A DNA stretch of 63,799 nt, counting the filler, from Platydemus manokwari (Eukaryota), in NCBI GenBank assembly GCA_037951405.1. It is 6 parts of 6 records of this genome, joined end to end, with 100 filler letters (N's around TTAATTAATTAA, not from the genome) between each part and the next. Parts side by side here need not be neighbours in the genome. Positions count along the whole stretch, not along the records: positions 28,425 to 38,068 come from JBBMOY011222766.1; positions 38,169 to 54,359 come from JBBMOY011201432.1; 4 more parts are not named here. The stretch is one strand, 5' to 3'. This document shows, piece after piece, positions 30,298 through 45,500 of the stretch. The translations under genes were made by a program, and so were the position numbers. The notes below the pieces were generated by a model that was given only the letters and a program-made list of their open reading frames with translations, was not told the origin of the DNA and did not search any database. The first letter of the stretch is position 1, and every line of letters starts with the position of its first letter.

Positions 30298-32544
30298 TAA
30301 CAAAAAAATTAAAGATCTCGTAAAAGTAATGAGAGAAAATCAATGATTTATTTTAATAATTATCAAATAAATGTGGTGATAATTAATAATATAATAAGAA
30401 AATTAATGATTAAATCAAAATTTGAAAACAATTGGCATGAATTTCCAAAAACAAAGCAACAAATACTTCTATTTTTGCTTCTTAATTTTTCAATTTCTTC
30501 TTGCAATCCTTCAATGGTTACTTTATAACTTTCCATTATGAATTCAATGTTTTTCTTACAATTATCCGATCCAAATATAAAGAAATCATTGTTATCGTTA
30601 GAATATTTGAACTTATCAGTGTGCTTTTGCAACAGAGCCATTGACAAAAAATCCACGAGTTTTGGCTCTATATCAACATGATAAATGTTAAATTGATAGT
30701 TTAATAATTGACAATTATCGATAACTTTTCCAATTATAAACTAAACCAACGAAATCATTTCAATAAATATAAAATTAAATATTAACAATTAAATTATTTC
30801 CACAACCTAATAAATCGCCAATAAAATTTGTAAAATTTCTTGAATATAAAAATGTATTTAATAAACCAGTAAAACAACATTGTGTTTTTCTTGATTTATT
30901 AAGGGTTTATTTCAATGGCAAAAAAATTATTAAAAATTCAAACTTAATTAATGTCAAATGTGAATGAGATATTATTTACAATTCCAATTATATGTTCAAA
31001 TAATAATTAATTAGAAACAAAATACAAAAGAACTTTTATTGAAACTTAAAACTCGTTATCGACAAATTTTAGTTGATACTTTTTGAAATTAAGAAAAAAA
31101 GCCAAAAGCAAACATTGTGTAATTCAATAAGATTTAGAAATTTTTGTTGATCAATCGAATTTTAACAAAGAAAAGTTTAATATCTGTATTTATCAAACAA
31201 ATATCCATTGTGAAATTTCCATAATTATTCGTTCCAAAGATAATTAAACTCACATGGTATATGTTGACTCTACATATATTGGTGTGTGTAAATATTTTTT
31301 TTCAACTAATAACGTGATTATGATATAGAATAATATATGAAAGTAATCAATTTGGTAGATAATTCTGTTTGGTTGAAATCGTAATTGTTGATCGAAGATT
31401 TCTAAGCGGATAATAATTTATGATTCTATCGTGAATCTGACAACTAACAGGATGGTATGTTGCGTGTAATTCGAGTTTATAGATAATGAAAATAAAAGCG
31501 TGTTACAATAAATTTATAAGTGTTATGACCTGAAGATGTTAAAAATCGACCTACTAAATTAAGTAGCGATCGACTTCGTTATGAAAACTAAGGGAGATGA
31601 TTTTCAGTTCCGATAAATTGGTTTAGACTTTGTGAATGTTTAAAAATTATAACGAATCTCTATCAGAGGTTGATACAATGAAAATAAGAATGAAATCAGC
31701 TAAATTTGATAAACTGATTAGTAAAATTCTAAATTTTGTTCGGATTTATGTAGTCGTTGAATTATTGCGTTAATGAGTCATATTTTAATAATTGGTAAAA
31801 TACTGATTATTTAGCCCGTTAATATGGTAGCGTAAATTGAAAAATCTATTGTCACATTAAAACGTCATGGTAGCTGGAATTCCAATAAATTTATAACTAT
31901 GATTAATTGAAATTTTATATTACGGCTTTTTTATGTTATGTAGCGAAAAATAATAAATTAATTGGTTGGTAGTAATAACTTAAATTTAATCGAGTGGTTT
32001 AAACAATCGGTTATTTGCCAATACTTGCTCGAATCCATCCTTTAAAACCCAATATCTCAAAAGATATCGTTTAAATATCTAAAAACCAAATGTCAGTCAA
32101 AAAGACATTTCGATGCGAATTATATTTTTCCAAAACAAAACCGTTAAAAAATATTGACAAACTTATCCCGCATTATTTATAAAGAATGTCAAGATCATTC
32201 ATTATTTTAATATTATGCTATAACAAAAATCAAATGAGATATCACAAGTGATTTGAAAATGTATTTATTAAAATGAATAAGACAGAGACAAATCATTGAT
32301 TTGATAAATCCAAATGATAAAAAATAATAAATTCAAATTTAAATATTCTGAGCACCCATGTTAATCCAATCACAGTGCATATTTTCAAATCAAAAGGTAA
32401 CAAATATCATTTTATTATATAAAAAAAATCAATTCATGTATAACAGACTAAAAAACCCTATGTGGTGAGCAGAATTTCAGCATTTCCAAAGCAAAAAATA
32501 ATAATATATACACAATCTAGTCAATATATTTTTAAGCAAATATT

Positions 32545-35500
32545 CTACGTTTTGTATACTTGAATTCCTAACCAATCACAAAGACCATGGTAAACTGTAA
32601 AACTTATAGCTGATGCTGTAGGGGTCTTGATTAGATTCATTGAAAATCCTTTATAAAGTCCTTGAACCACGCCTTCTGATAAAATTATTTTAAAAGTCTT
32701 CCACATGCTATGAGTATACTCAGGATGTCCTAAATTCATAAAATTCAGATTTTCACTATTAAAATTACTTTCTTTTATTTTATTTTATATTGTGACTGAA
32801 GTTATTTACTGTTTGTTCCATCAACAAAAATCAATTTCTTTAAGGTGACATTTAAATATCCATACAATGGCTTTGGTATTTCCACCAAATGACAGATGGA
32901 TTCTACAAGTATCGAAATTCAGCTTTACTAAAATAACCTTCAGTAGCCGAAAAAATGGATGTGCTCGATAATATTTTCACAATTCTCTTTTGTCGGTTTT
33001 TGAATGATTTTTTTACAAAGAAAATCTGTCTCCAGCAATTAGTAAATGATAATTCAACAATTTTCATCTATTAGGAAACTCATTCTTAAAAAGATAACGA
33101 ATAATCGTTTAACAAAAATTGGTTGAAATACACAGCATTATCAAATATACATAAATGCCACGCAGTTTTGTTTAATAATAACAATAAACATTGAATATGT
33201 TGGATTTTAATATTAGTTAACAAAAATAATTGGTGTAGCATTTTGTAAATACATTTCAGTTAAAATTAATGTGAAGAATGAGGCGCGCATTGAAGGGAAA
33301 TTATATTTAATAATTCATATAAAAGATTCGAAAGAATATTTAAAACTTGAAAGATTATCGTAAAAAAATAAATCCAATGTTTTGTAAAATAAATTTAACG
33401 AATAAATTTTATGGAATCTTCTTTTATAAAATGCCAGATATTTTCATTTCCAATTCATCTCAGGGCACTGTAAACAATGAAATATTCTGATTTGTCTTTT
33501 CGCATAATTAATTAATAAATTTTTTGAAGACTTATTTTTGTCAATGCTTTCGTCAAAAAAGACGAAAATCTTAATGGTATTGAATATATAAATGTGATTC
33601 ATCTAAATTATCATTAATATTTTACTGATTTTTCTGAATTAAAAGCAAAGCTGTTCAACCAAATTTTCAAGTACAAATTCTAATAAAATATATACAGAAT
33701 CGTTAGAATATATTATTAATATTTACAAATAAAAAATTTTAAGCCATATGGATTTGAGTGTCCCAAAAATATGTTACGCATCAGAACGTGTAAAGAAAAG
33801 CAATATTTTTGTTTCCATTATATGTAGTGATATCAAATTATTATGACTCGATAATATTCATACAAATTATTTACAAAACATAAAACATATTTGTCAATAA
33901 TTATGTTATTAAATAAATATATTATTCACCTGTAACTGGGCCAGTTTGCATGCGTCTTCTTACTATATCTAATGGATAACAACAAAATTGTCCCATCAAA
34001 CCACCTATTCCACCGGCACAAAATGTTTCAATCGTAGTTAATTTTCTTGAATGGTGTTCTTGAAAAAAGTATTTATAAATGACATTTCCTTCAAATAACA
34101 CATGATTACATATAAGGTTCGAAAATTTTTAAAAATATCTTCTACTGCAATTAGGGATGATCGAGATCTTCATATAAAATTATACAATCACAATACGGTG
34201 CTCATTATCACTATGAAATCGATACAGATTAAAAACTATTTAATCGAAGACGAAGGCATTTCTTCAAACCCAAATATCAATTTTTCAAGTTATTATTTTG
34301 GATCAGAGATAACAATAATCAAAATTTATAAGGGTTTGAAATCTGATAATTAATATAAAAACACAAGTAAAACATAAAATAAAATACACATTGAACTTTT
34401 GTCACATGTCTGATCAATATAAGCAGGTTGTTAGAAAGAAAATGGTTTAACCCAAATCATAACACATGCATAAATATTATTAGCAAAAGTGCTTTTGGTT
34501 AAATCAATTGAGCGAGTTGAACATTATAAAGAGGTCGATACTAATGTTTAGAACTGAATATCAAAGTACAACACATCTCATGTGATTCGGTTTCAATAAG
34601 TTTGCGATTGATATCAGCAACTCAAAGTGAAATATTGAAAATAAATTCAATTTATGAGATGTCCATAAATGTCATATTTAAAAACCAAATGAAAATCACA
34701 TCCAAATCGACAAATATCAATGATTAGATCAAAGTCAATACACTTCAAACATTTTCAATTAGAAATATAATGTGTCCAGGTGATCAATGAGGGGAAAATT
34801 AATGTTATCAATAATATGCAGACAATTTGCTTAGCAAATATTTATGTAAACATTTTATTTTCATATTTTAATATAAATAATTATTCATGTCGTGATCGAT
34901 AATATAAACAAATGTGGTATGGGTGCGGCATTTGAGATGTTTAAAATATAGTGCCAATATTGGGACACGATCATCTACACAGCATCTGGTTACGTAATAA
35001 TAATTTTATGATGAATCGTCGATTTTAAAGAAGATAGCTCATAGTTCAAAGAGTAAATAAAAATAGAGTAAAAATACTGTTCTGTGTGAAATACCATGTC
35101 CCGTGATTTTTGTCTGAGGTGATTATTTTGGTTTTATTTGGAGAAACATTAAGGAGAAAGTTGTCCTAAAATAATAAAAAAAACATTCCTAATACCGTCA
35201 AATTATTAAAGAAAAAGAAAAAAACAAAAAAATAACGTTTGAATGTTTTATCGAACGAAAATTCTCATAATGCTTGACATATTCTATCGTATTCACATAA
35301 TGTTACTTGAAGGATTCCTATCATATAAAATCGTCTAGATTATTAAATAAAACTAATGAAACCGAATGATATTGATATGATGCGTATCAGTTCTCGTTAA
35401 AAATACAAATTTAATAATAATAAAATTAGCTTATACATAAAAATTAAGCAATGACAGCTGGTTTATAATTTATGTGAGATAGTCAGGCGAAAAGAAAATG

Positions 35501-36307
35501 AAAGCATCTTTCTCAGTTTATTAAGGGGAAAATATATTTATGTAGATTTATTCTTGAACGAAACAATATGAGATATTAGAATCAATTAAGCAACCAATAA
35601 TAAATGTATGTATGGCGAGTCTGGAATACATCACAACATTTCACAATTATCAATCCATAATTGTGCCCTTGATTATGAAAGTGGTATAAATCATATATTT
35701 CTTGTTTGGAGATATTAAGGAATTTACATGTTAAAGAATTAAAAAATATTTGTGTAATATGGAATGAAATATTTTGACAATTAATTAGCGCCGGTAAATC
35801 AGCATTTAATATGATTGTGAAATTTATTACCATTTTTATATGGAAATTTGGTTTTGAAAGGTTGAAATGACTTATACCACTTTCATAATCAAGGGCTCAA
35901 TTAGTTCAATGATAAAACAAATAAAATGCTGCACCTGTGATTACATCTTTAATGCTTTCAAATACCAAGAATCCAACACCAGCATAAGGAATTATGCCCA
36001 TCAATGTTGGATTTATGCCTCGATATAATGCCAATAATCCTTCCTCCTTTCTCATTATTCGTAAAAGATCCAACAGATTTCCATATCTGAACAGATATCA
36101 ATGGGAACCCATTTATGAATCATGATATTAAAAATAATATTTATAATTGAGACAAAAAATAAAATGAAAACAAAATATAAAACAAAATCCAACCTCGCAA
36201 CATTTGTGACTGCCATTCGTGCTCTAGCGAGATCTAATGGATAGGTGCACAAGACCGATGTCATACCAGCCAGTGAGCCACAAATAAAATTTAAGAATAT
36301 AATTTTA
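32545..36307 (-). CDS. SLC25A42: Mitochondrial coenzyme A transporter SLC25A42, last four exons (36307-36194, 36086-35935, 34058-33930, 32729-32545); 5' exons not seen
   Basis: Carrier signatures [63 protein letters not shown]; GT-AG sites with consistent phases. Confidence 0.9.
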
Positions 36308-36649
36308 CTGAAATAAATATATGATTATATATAATTAATTATATAATAAATATCTTTTTATTAAAAGTTTATAAATTATTGAATTATAATGATTGTCATC
36401 AATGGGTTTAGAAACACTCACAATCCATTCAGGAACTATTATAATCAGAATAGCAATGACACTGGGGCGACATGGTTCATCTATCAATATTACAACTTCA
36501 TCATACAACACATTTTTGTAGTTCGAGCATTTTTCAATATATTGAGAAAGAATAAGGATAAAATATCACTGAGGAATATTACAATACAAGAACGAGAAAC
36601 CCATGTAAAAGTCTAATTAGCAATTTCAACAACTGTTATAATCCATATG

Positions 36650-37250
36650 AAATTCATTAATTAGATGGAAAACATGGATTTGATCAACTGATAAAGCAAC
36701 CAAAGACAAATGAGTCAAAATCAAATCACAAAAAACTGTTTTGATAACGATAAGGAAATGAGAAATCATACAAGATGATTAAGAATGTACGGGTAACCAT
36801 TGATAAATGAAGAATTTCATTTCAACTACGAAGTGACTGCCCGTAAATATACGATACATTCGATAAGGAATTATGAAGGAGACTTGTGAGGAGTTGCATT
36901 TATTCGATTTGTAATTATAATCAAAAAGATTCACTCCATTATTAAAATTAGTCATAAGATAAGATGTTTACCGTCCAATGGTGCGAAAGAGATCAATCTT
37001 CATCGAATTTACAAAATCCTTATATAAAACATTACAGATAACAATCCTAAGGTTGTCAAAAAATGTGATATTTTAGTAAATAATATCATAAAGCTTCTTT
37101 AATGAATTGTTGGCCATAACAATTACAATGATATTTGTCAACATTGTGAAAAACTATATAGCTATTTAAAAGATCAAAAGATGAACGTATCGCATATTGA
37201 ATGATCTATATTTCAAATAACCATTTTAAAGTTTTAAACGTTACCATGCG
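36650..37250 (-). mobile_element. Decayed Gypsy-like RT/RNase H remnant in an SLC25A42 intron
   Basis: Faint LGLxxxxxY.RIL and LDGKHLIL traces; many stops. Confidence 0.25.
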
Positions 37251-38068
37251 TTATATTAATATGATAGTTGGTAAATATTATTCGTATGGTACATATAATA
37301 TACTTATTAATTATTATTTATTTATGCTTTCGTTAATATTCTGACAATTGACAAGAAATGAATTTTAAGCGCAACAAAATCTCCAAATATGATGACCACA
37401 ACAAAATATTCTTTTAATGCTTTTCGAATAACTTTTTCATAAACTTCTTCTGGAGAATGCTTGAAAATTTCTAATGAAAACCTGAAGTTCATAGACAAAC
37501 AGTTCGATTTCATGATTGAAGAAAATAAACTCATTTTGACAAAACTCTCATCAGATCAGAAAAATCAGATGTATAATGAATGACATAGAGCTGTACATTT
37601 CAGATATAAATGTTGACAAACAGTTGACAAAACTATTATTAGAAATTCACAGTTGAACCATAGATAAAACTGATATATTCAATCAGATATGTGAACAAGA
37701 TAAGGAATATAATCGGGATAATTGATAAGATAAATAATTTATAAAACAATAATGAATATGATTGCTTTTAGGAAAAAGATTTAAATGATTTATTTTGATT
37801 GGTGATAATTGTGTGCTTGTAAATATAAATTAAACTAATGAAATTAAAACTAATTAAAAGAAATTAAATTAATAATTATTGATTAACTGGAATCAGTAAA
37901 AAACCAAATGAGGAGTATAATAACTATTATATGATAGGCCCATGAATTTTCATGAAATCAATATCAAGTGTGCCTGAGAAATGAAATAGTAATTGTTAGC
38001 CGCTCATAGTATTTAGAAACCACAAACTAAAATCAAAACAAAAAAAGTCAAGACACAATCAATTCTAT

Positions 38069-38168
38069 NNNNNNNNNNNNNNNNNNNNNNNNNNNNNNNN
38101 NNNNNNNNNNNNTTAATTAATTAANNNNNNNNNNNNNNNNNNNNNNNNNNNNNNNNNNNNNNNNNNNN
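38069..38168. other. Artificial contig spacer N44-TTAATTAATTAA-N44
   Basis: Same 100-nt linker. Confidence 0.97.
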
Positions 38169-38818
38169 CCAAATTTTATTTTGTATATATTTTTGCATTT
38201 TTCGAATAATTAAAAATTTCAATTAAGTAATATTCAAAGTTCGTTTACCTTTATTTTTACCTGAAAATTCTTGACACTAATAATTGATTTTATAAAAAAA
38301 ATACACATTAAGGCTTAATCAATTTCAGATTTTATCATAATTAATTTTAAATGTTGAAAGTACTATTAATTTCTGTCATAGATTTCTTGTTTTAATAATG
38401 AAATGTAATCACACCACAGTTAAATCATCTGTTACGTTTTCTATTATTAGAATTATTTTCTGAATTTCATCATAAGTTCAGAAGTTCCTGTATCGAAATA
38501 TATTCTAATATAAATTTCAACCATTATTATTTATCAATATCAACTCTTATCAGAGTTACCGGCAAAGGGAAATTGGTAAGAGATATTTATTTCTTAATAT
38601 ACACAAATAACAAATTCAAAACTAAACGATATATAACTATTTTATTACCAAATAAAATTTTAAGTCGATATTGATAATACAATGCGTTCAAAAATTGTAC
38701 TTTGTTCAAGTGACATGCATATCTGTATTTTATATGGTTTGCATGCATTGTTTGCATAGGTAGCATTTAAATAATCATTATAAATAATAATCAATTTTAA
38801 AATTTATTATTCATTCAG

Positions 38819-40216
38819 GAATTGAGAGAACGCAAATATCTATGGATATATCACAAAGACAAACACAAATGAAAATATCTATACCAAAATTAGGCAAACG
38901 TTTGCCAGTGTGGCGATTATTATTGCGAATGCCTATTAAAAAAAGCTGGCTTTTTAGTTGGAATTTGTTAATGATGTTTCAAATTTTCTTACCACTTAAC
39001 ATCACATCCCGCTTATGGGGATGGATAAATGGTCTTGAACTGCCGGTTTGGACAAGAGTTTATATTTATAGATTTTATAGTTGGGTTTACAAATGTGATT
39101 TAAGTGAAATGGTTGATCCAAATCTTAAAGCCTACAGCAATTTAAGTGAATTTTTCAGACGTTCTATCAGACCTGAATGTCGACCCATTGATAGATCTTC
39201 TTTGGTTAGTCTTTATCGATTGATTTGTTTTTCTTCTTTACTTGATTTTCTGTAATTATTTTTATATAAAAATTATCTGATTTGCTATTTATTGAGCATT
39301 TCTTTCCACGATAGGTCAGCCCAGTTGATGGGAAAATTGTGTCAGTGGGTTCCATTCATGCAGGACAACTGCAAAATGTGAAAGGCATCAGTTACACCCT
39401 TAAGGGCTTTCTCGGTCCGATCAGTTGGAATGAAACCGTGAATTTCACGAGTTTCTTGGAGAAAAGTTATCGAAGCATGAAATCGTCAGACAGAAATCGA
39501 TCGGATAAAATCGATGAAAACAATGCCAATTTTATCGATGAACTCAAGCATGACATTTCGACCAAGCTATTCCATTGCATCATCTATCTGGCACCGGGTG
39601 ATTATCACAAGTTTCACTCTCCAACCGATTGGAATTTGACATTCCGCAGACATTTTCCAGGTTAGTTGGCTAGATCCAGACAGGACATATTGATTTTGTG
39701 CACGCACTCACGCTTTATTCACCTCTTTTCTCCCCCCATTCAGGCAAACTGTTGACGGTTAATCCGCTGTTCTCGAGTTGGATTAAAAATCTGCTCTGTC
39801 TCAATGAGCGTTCAGTGTATGTGGGCAACTGGCGATATGGATTTTTCTCGTTGACTGCTGTCGGAGCTAATAATGTTGGTTCAATTCTGGTGGGCTGCGA
39901 TCCGCTTTTGCAGACAAACAAACCCACCAACCGGCTGTTGAGAGGCGTCATCAGAGGTTGGCATATCATGTCACGTGGCCTGAGTCCGGCTGACTCTCTT
40001 CCAAAGATGCAGCAGCGTTATTACGACAAGAAATTCGTTACCAAGGACAACGGAAATATCGGTACCAAGATTACGAAAGGGGATTTATTTGGAGAATTCA
40101 ATTTCGGCTCAACGGTGGTGCTGATTTTCGAGGCTCCATCTGATTTCAAGTTTTCTGTCGAGGTGAATAGCGTGGTTAAATACGGGCAAGCGCTTGGTAA
40201 AGTGGTTCGGGATTAG
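38819..40216 (+). CDS. PISD: Mitochondrial phosphatidylserine decarboxylase proenzyme (exons 38819-39204, 39315-39660, 39744-40216; possible small upstream exon ending 38575)
   Basis: SRLWGWIN, NLSEFFRR, SPVDG (Asp), YLAPGDYHKFHSP (His), AVGANNVGSI, GEFNFGSTVVLIFEAP (self-cleavage Ser); splice phases consistent; start codon not located. Confidence 0.95.
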
Positions 40217-41049
40217 ATTTATTTTCCAGCTTATCAGACAGATCCTCAGATATTTGGTGCAATATATATCTTTAGCGGTTTTTAATTGACGCAATACTCG
40301 ATGTTTGATGATGATTTCGAATGATGATTTTGATTGGATGATGATGGTCGATTCTGATTGGCTCTTTAATAATATGATTGTTGTCATAGTTACTCTGTGC
40401 AAAATTTAAAACATCTATATGTATTGATATTGTTTTCGTTATGAGCTTACAGTTATGCATTGCAAAATTTCGAATTATTATGCGCTTTCATTTTTACAAT
40501 TCGACTTCCATGGACTCCTGAGGACCTTACTGTCATGGTGTTTATATTTTCGATTTCAATTTAATGATAAAGTTTAAACTTGAAATATAAATTTATATTG
40601 AATTTGCTCAAATCATGTGACTAACTATGCTGATTATGACATGACAGTGATCAATGTGATCCTATTCTGTCGTTGAATGTTTGGATTTTAAAATAAATAA
40701 TTTTATGTTTTCTATAAACGGACGAAAATCTATTATAATAATCTGAAAATAAGTTGATGAATCAGAAATGGGAATTACTAGACAATAGCAATGAAATAAT
40801 GAGGTGAATTTGTGGGCAATATTTGATCGATAAGTTCAGGGTTTGTAAATAAACAGATTAGTAGAGATTATTGCTGTCTGTTGTCAATAAGTATGCGAGA
40901 ATTGAAGTCAAGTACCGCTTGCTTGATTTTAAATAGGCTAATAAGGGGGCATTTATAAACAAATATTATTATTAATGTATTAATCTAGTTGATTAGTATA
41001 ATTATTTATGAAATAAAAATAGAATCGACGTGACATGTGTTTTGAACAT

Positions 41050-44000
41050 TTCTATGGCACTAATCAAATATTTACGTCGATATAAATGAGGAAATCTGAT
41101 TTCCTTTAATATTATTGATTGATGAGAATTTATTCAAACCATCATTAAGAATTCTTATTCTTGAAGTATCAATCATTAAAAGGATCACTCATTAACAATA
41201 TTCTATGATTTCAGGTGACCAGCCTTTATAGTTATTCTTATACACGATTTATTCATAGAAATGAACAATTATCAAGTGTATATTTCTATATTTCAAGATC
41301 AGTACGGGATCATAAACGCGCTAGACTGTTGTAAAGATATTAACAAGCTCATCTCTCAAATTTGTGAGATCTGTCACTTCATGATAATCATAAATGTTCA
41401 ATTATAAAGATGTAAAATAATAAGCCCGGATAGAACATAATTTTTGCAACAGTTCATCTCATATAAACGTATATCATCATCAGTCTAATCCACTAAGGAT
41501 TGTTCTACAGTTACCTCAGCTAATTGTTCCTTTTTGTAAATATCTTTCAATCTCTTTCGAAACTTTCTACACTGAATTGCTCATATTTCTCATTGGTTTA
41601 TAAGTTATTGTAGTTATTGTACTGTATTCATGTTGTGTTTGTCTTCATATAAAATATCAAATCCATTACATGATAACCTTATTTGATTGGTGATAATTAT
41701 CGCTTATATAAATTAAGATTCTACTTTCTATTTTATATATCTTAAATAAAGATTAAAATTCTCACAAGATTTTGTTCTTCAAACTAATATCTTCATCTAA
41801 AATATTCAACCTTTGTTCCCAGGGATCAAAAATCGATTGATTGATTATTTGAAATCCCACCATATATTGGAGATAAGAAGCTGATATTGAATTTACAATA
41901 TATCTTGAAGTCCGGAACACACCATAAATAAAATTACCATTGATTCGAGAGGGCACAATGAATGTTAAAATTTCGATTAAAGATGAAATCAAGCAGAAAA
42001 ATCCTGATTAACATCAACCTTCAAACTCCAGAAATTAAAAAACTGTGACTACTTTCATCAATTAATTAAAACGAAATTAATATACGAATTCTATAAATAA
42101 ATTCATATTAAATAATGAAGTTCTTCTCCTAGCAGCGAAATATATCTCGAGTCACATTCGCAAATTCTCAATGGTTAATATCGAGACCTGATTAAGTTTA
42201 CGATTTCGTTCAAGAACTGGGATCATTTATCATTCTGATAAACATATTTTATTAAGGATTTCGAGTTCTATATTATTTAATGACCTTAAATGAAATAGTA
42301 ATGTAGAGTTCAAGTCAAGGTGACGATTTAAAATTGTATATTCGATAGTTATCGACAGGTACTTAGTGTTGCTGATAAGTTTAAAATGCTTATCGGTAAT
42401 AATTTTATTATTGTCACACAGTATCGAAGAAAATATCAGTACAGTGAAACAAAAGACACTTTTCTAGTCGAATTTCTCGGAATTATTCGGTTTTGTAATT
42501 CTTCTCATTGTCAACATGGTAAAGGATTGTCTTCTGTGAGTAGGAAAAAAGGAATTTCGTTATTAATAGCTGAACTTGGAAAACATTCCAATTAGCTCAG
42601 GTTAGAAATTTATTTTCAACGTTTTTCCAATAGTCAGACTTATTAACTTTTGAGACAAACAAACCCGTCCAAGCAAGCAATGGAGCGAATCATCACGGAG
42701 TAATTATCACGGAATCTCTTGAAAAACCCATCATACCATATTTGGACCTATGAAACCGTAAACCGAGCTCTTTTGTTTCGAACTGTCTTCAATCAAATAA
42801 ATTAAAAATTTTCCAGTTTAGGAGATCTTAAAGACATTCAGAAACAAGTCATATCGGTGATCTAATTCTAAATCTTTAATTCAATAACTGCATCAGATCA
42901 CCAATTGAGATGAACACTGATAAATATCAATAGGATTTTGGAAAATATCTCCCTATAAAGGTTTGCAGGAAAAATTAAATATTTATTATTTTTTATAAAT
43001 TCTTTTATAATTCTCGTGATAATAATGTCGATCGATATCCAATCGATATCCATGGTCTTGAAAAAGAATATTTTAATTGAGCTTTCAGTATATTTATGAT
43101 TTTCTAAAATCAATTATCAAAATCATCGAGAAATAATTCCTCCTCAGGCTACCACGGATTAAATAAGCTAGTTCAAATAATCGATAAGTTCAACAACAAA
43201 GAATTTTACTTTCTCCGCAAAAAAGTAATAATATCTCAATTAATTATTTCCCATTTTATTATTATATCAATCTGAATAAAAATATTTCGATTTTGAATTA
43301 TATTTTCTACTGCAACAAGCCATACAATCATCCGGATCAATTTCATATCGAGTTATCATCAGAATTTTAATATTTTTACAGTAAAAAAAATTGGGAAATA
43401 TATGTTAGCATGGCTCGTATGAAAGGTTGGAGATGTGGGTCAATCGATTGAATCATAAGACATCACTTGATTTTCAATGGAAGAAGAAATAAAATAGTAA
43501 GTAAGGGTGTAAATATTCGTCGATAATTCAACGCTGCACTCAGTTAATATTTGCATTTTTATTGAAGAAAATGTCACCGAAACAGGTCCAATTATATCGA
43601 TTATAGAATTTATACCATTCATTGTTTTGAATTCAATTCGAACGATTTCCAACTAGTTTCGAAGATTAATAATGCTCGGTAGAATTTCTTGAGATAGGGA
43701 GTACTGCAAATTTCTCTTTATAATTTATCGATTGATGATTTAATTGTCCTAAAATCGAAAACAATCGACTAGCATTGATTCTAAATGATGTATTTTTTGA
43801 TAATTTCTGAGAAGTCTCAGATTTTTGGTTCCATCACATGGCATCAATAATCCAGTTTATCAAGACTCAATTTAGAGATATGAATATCATCTACTGATTT
43901 GTGACTCTCTTGAATTCGGGTACTATCAACCAATGCTTTCCAAAAATTAAAGACAAGCAATGAAGCATCTTAGATTCACTCCAAACAATCAGTGGTGCTT

Positions 44001-45500
44001 GTCACCAACCATAATTGGTCCTAGCTGGATTTGTCAATTTATCTTTGTCTAGGAAACACTGATAACAAAATTTATCGTGAATTGATGTGATTTTATTGGA
44101 TCAGTAGATGATATTCATATCTCTTATTTTGTTTGAATCTATTATAATATATTTTGTTTATATGGATTAAATTGAGAATGATATTTCAAAGTTATTGATT
44201 AAAACAAATAAATAAATTTAGCCGAACATGTTTTCCGAGTATGCTTCAATTTATCACGAGACGAAACTAAGATCGAAATTCCCTTCAAAAAGAGAACTAC
44301 AATCAATAATGACAGCTCATTAAAACAAATCATAAATTATAAACACCAATTTGATCAGCAAACTTTGTGATGGGTTATTTTTGTGTTATTCAAAGGTAAT
44401 TTCTAATTTTATGTTTAATTGATATTCAATTCGTTTTTTCTCGCCCTGTATAAAATTGGCTGTATGTGCTGATTTGAGATAGCAACACTATCATAATAGG
44501 TGATCAAAAAAGAGAAGTGAGATAAAAGTAAATTTTGTGATATGGTTTTGAGTTATTGATTAGTGGCTAGACTAGAAATGAGTACAAAACTATTCTATTG
44601 ACGAATTACTTTTTGGAATTGACTATAATTGATAATCGATTATTCAGTAATGGGCATCCGGTATTCAATCAATAAACTCTCATAATCCTTCAAATTATCA
44701 TTTGAAGTTTTTAATAATTTTTACTTAAAAAATATTGTTCTTCAGAGTCATCTTCAGAGCCATACTTGAAACATTTCCAGTTAAGGGAATATTCAAATGT
44801 GATCTCAAACTAGTTTCCAATGGAGACGTTATTAAAACAAATTTGAATCGATAAAACACATTGTTTGCGAAAAAATAATTTTAAAGTTATTCCACGTGAA
44901 AAAATAGTTCAATTCAGTGGCTAACAAAGCTGGGTGACGAGATAAGTTTTAAATCATACCTAATGAAATCTCTGGGTGAACAAATTGTCGTGGATGTCAA
45001 CACAGTACGCACAAAATATTACCCGCAAACCAACGCTCGTCTTTGGTACAAAGTTAAATATATTATCAAAAGATTAATTATCTTACCGCAATCGTGAAGT
45101 ATATCAGAAAATAGAGCAAAGAATAACTAATTAACCTTCGCATCATCAAGTCGTCTAATGAAGAAAGTAGACATTTGATCATAGATAAAAGGAAAACTAC
45201 GCGGAATGATAAACATATATCATACTCATTAAATGATTATCTCTTGAGAAAGTCCAAGATATCATTAAGTACATGAATGATGAGATATGAAAACTAGTGG
45301 TGCAATAAATTAGATGCTCAACCTATTTATGTCATTGAATGTGTTGCCTAGATTAACCCCTGATTTCATCAATATTTTAGTGGGTATTTCATGAATATAT
45401 TCTTTAATTTTGGTTAGAATTTCCACACAACGCAACATTATATCGATTATTACTCCAAAAATGCTAAGTCAGATAAGATATTTTAAATTTACGCCAATGA
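41050..45500. mobile_element. Cluster of decayed Ty3/Gypsy-like fragments in both orientations
   Basis: Protease-like INGxxxxxxxxTS...NSIS (-, ~41.9 kb); FLGIIRF (+, ~42.5 kb); GHP and YYPQTN integrase-like traces (+, 44.65-45.05 kb). Confidence 0.4.

Noticed and set aside
18588-40216. Functional cluster of mitochondrial lipid/CoA genes (CPT1, SLC25A42, PISD)
   Set aside because: The three genes lie on different contigs separated by artificial spacers
39715-40460. Antisense ORFs over PISD and its 3' UTR
   Set aside because: Shadow ORFs due to higher GC and gat/atc-rich low-complexity sequence; no recognisable motifs
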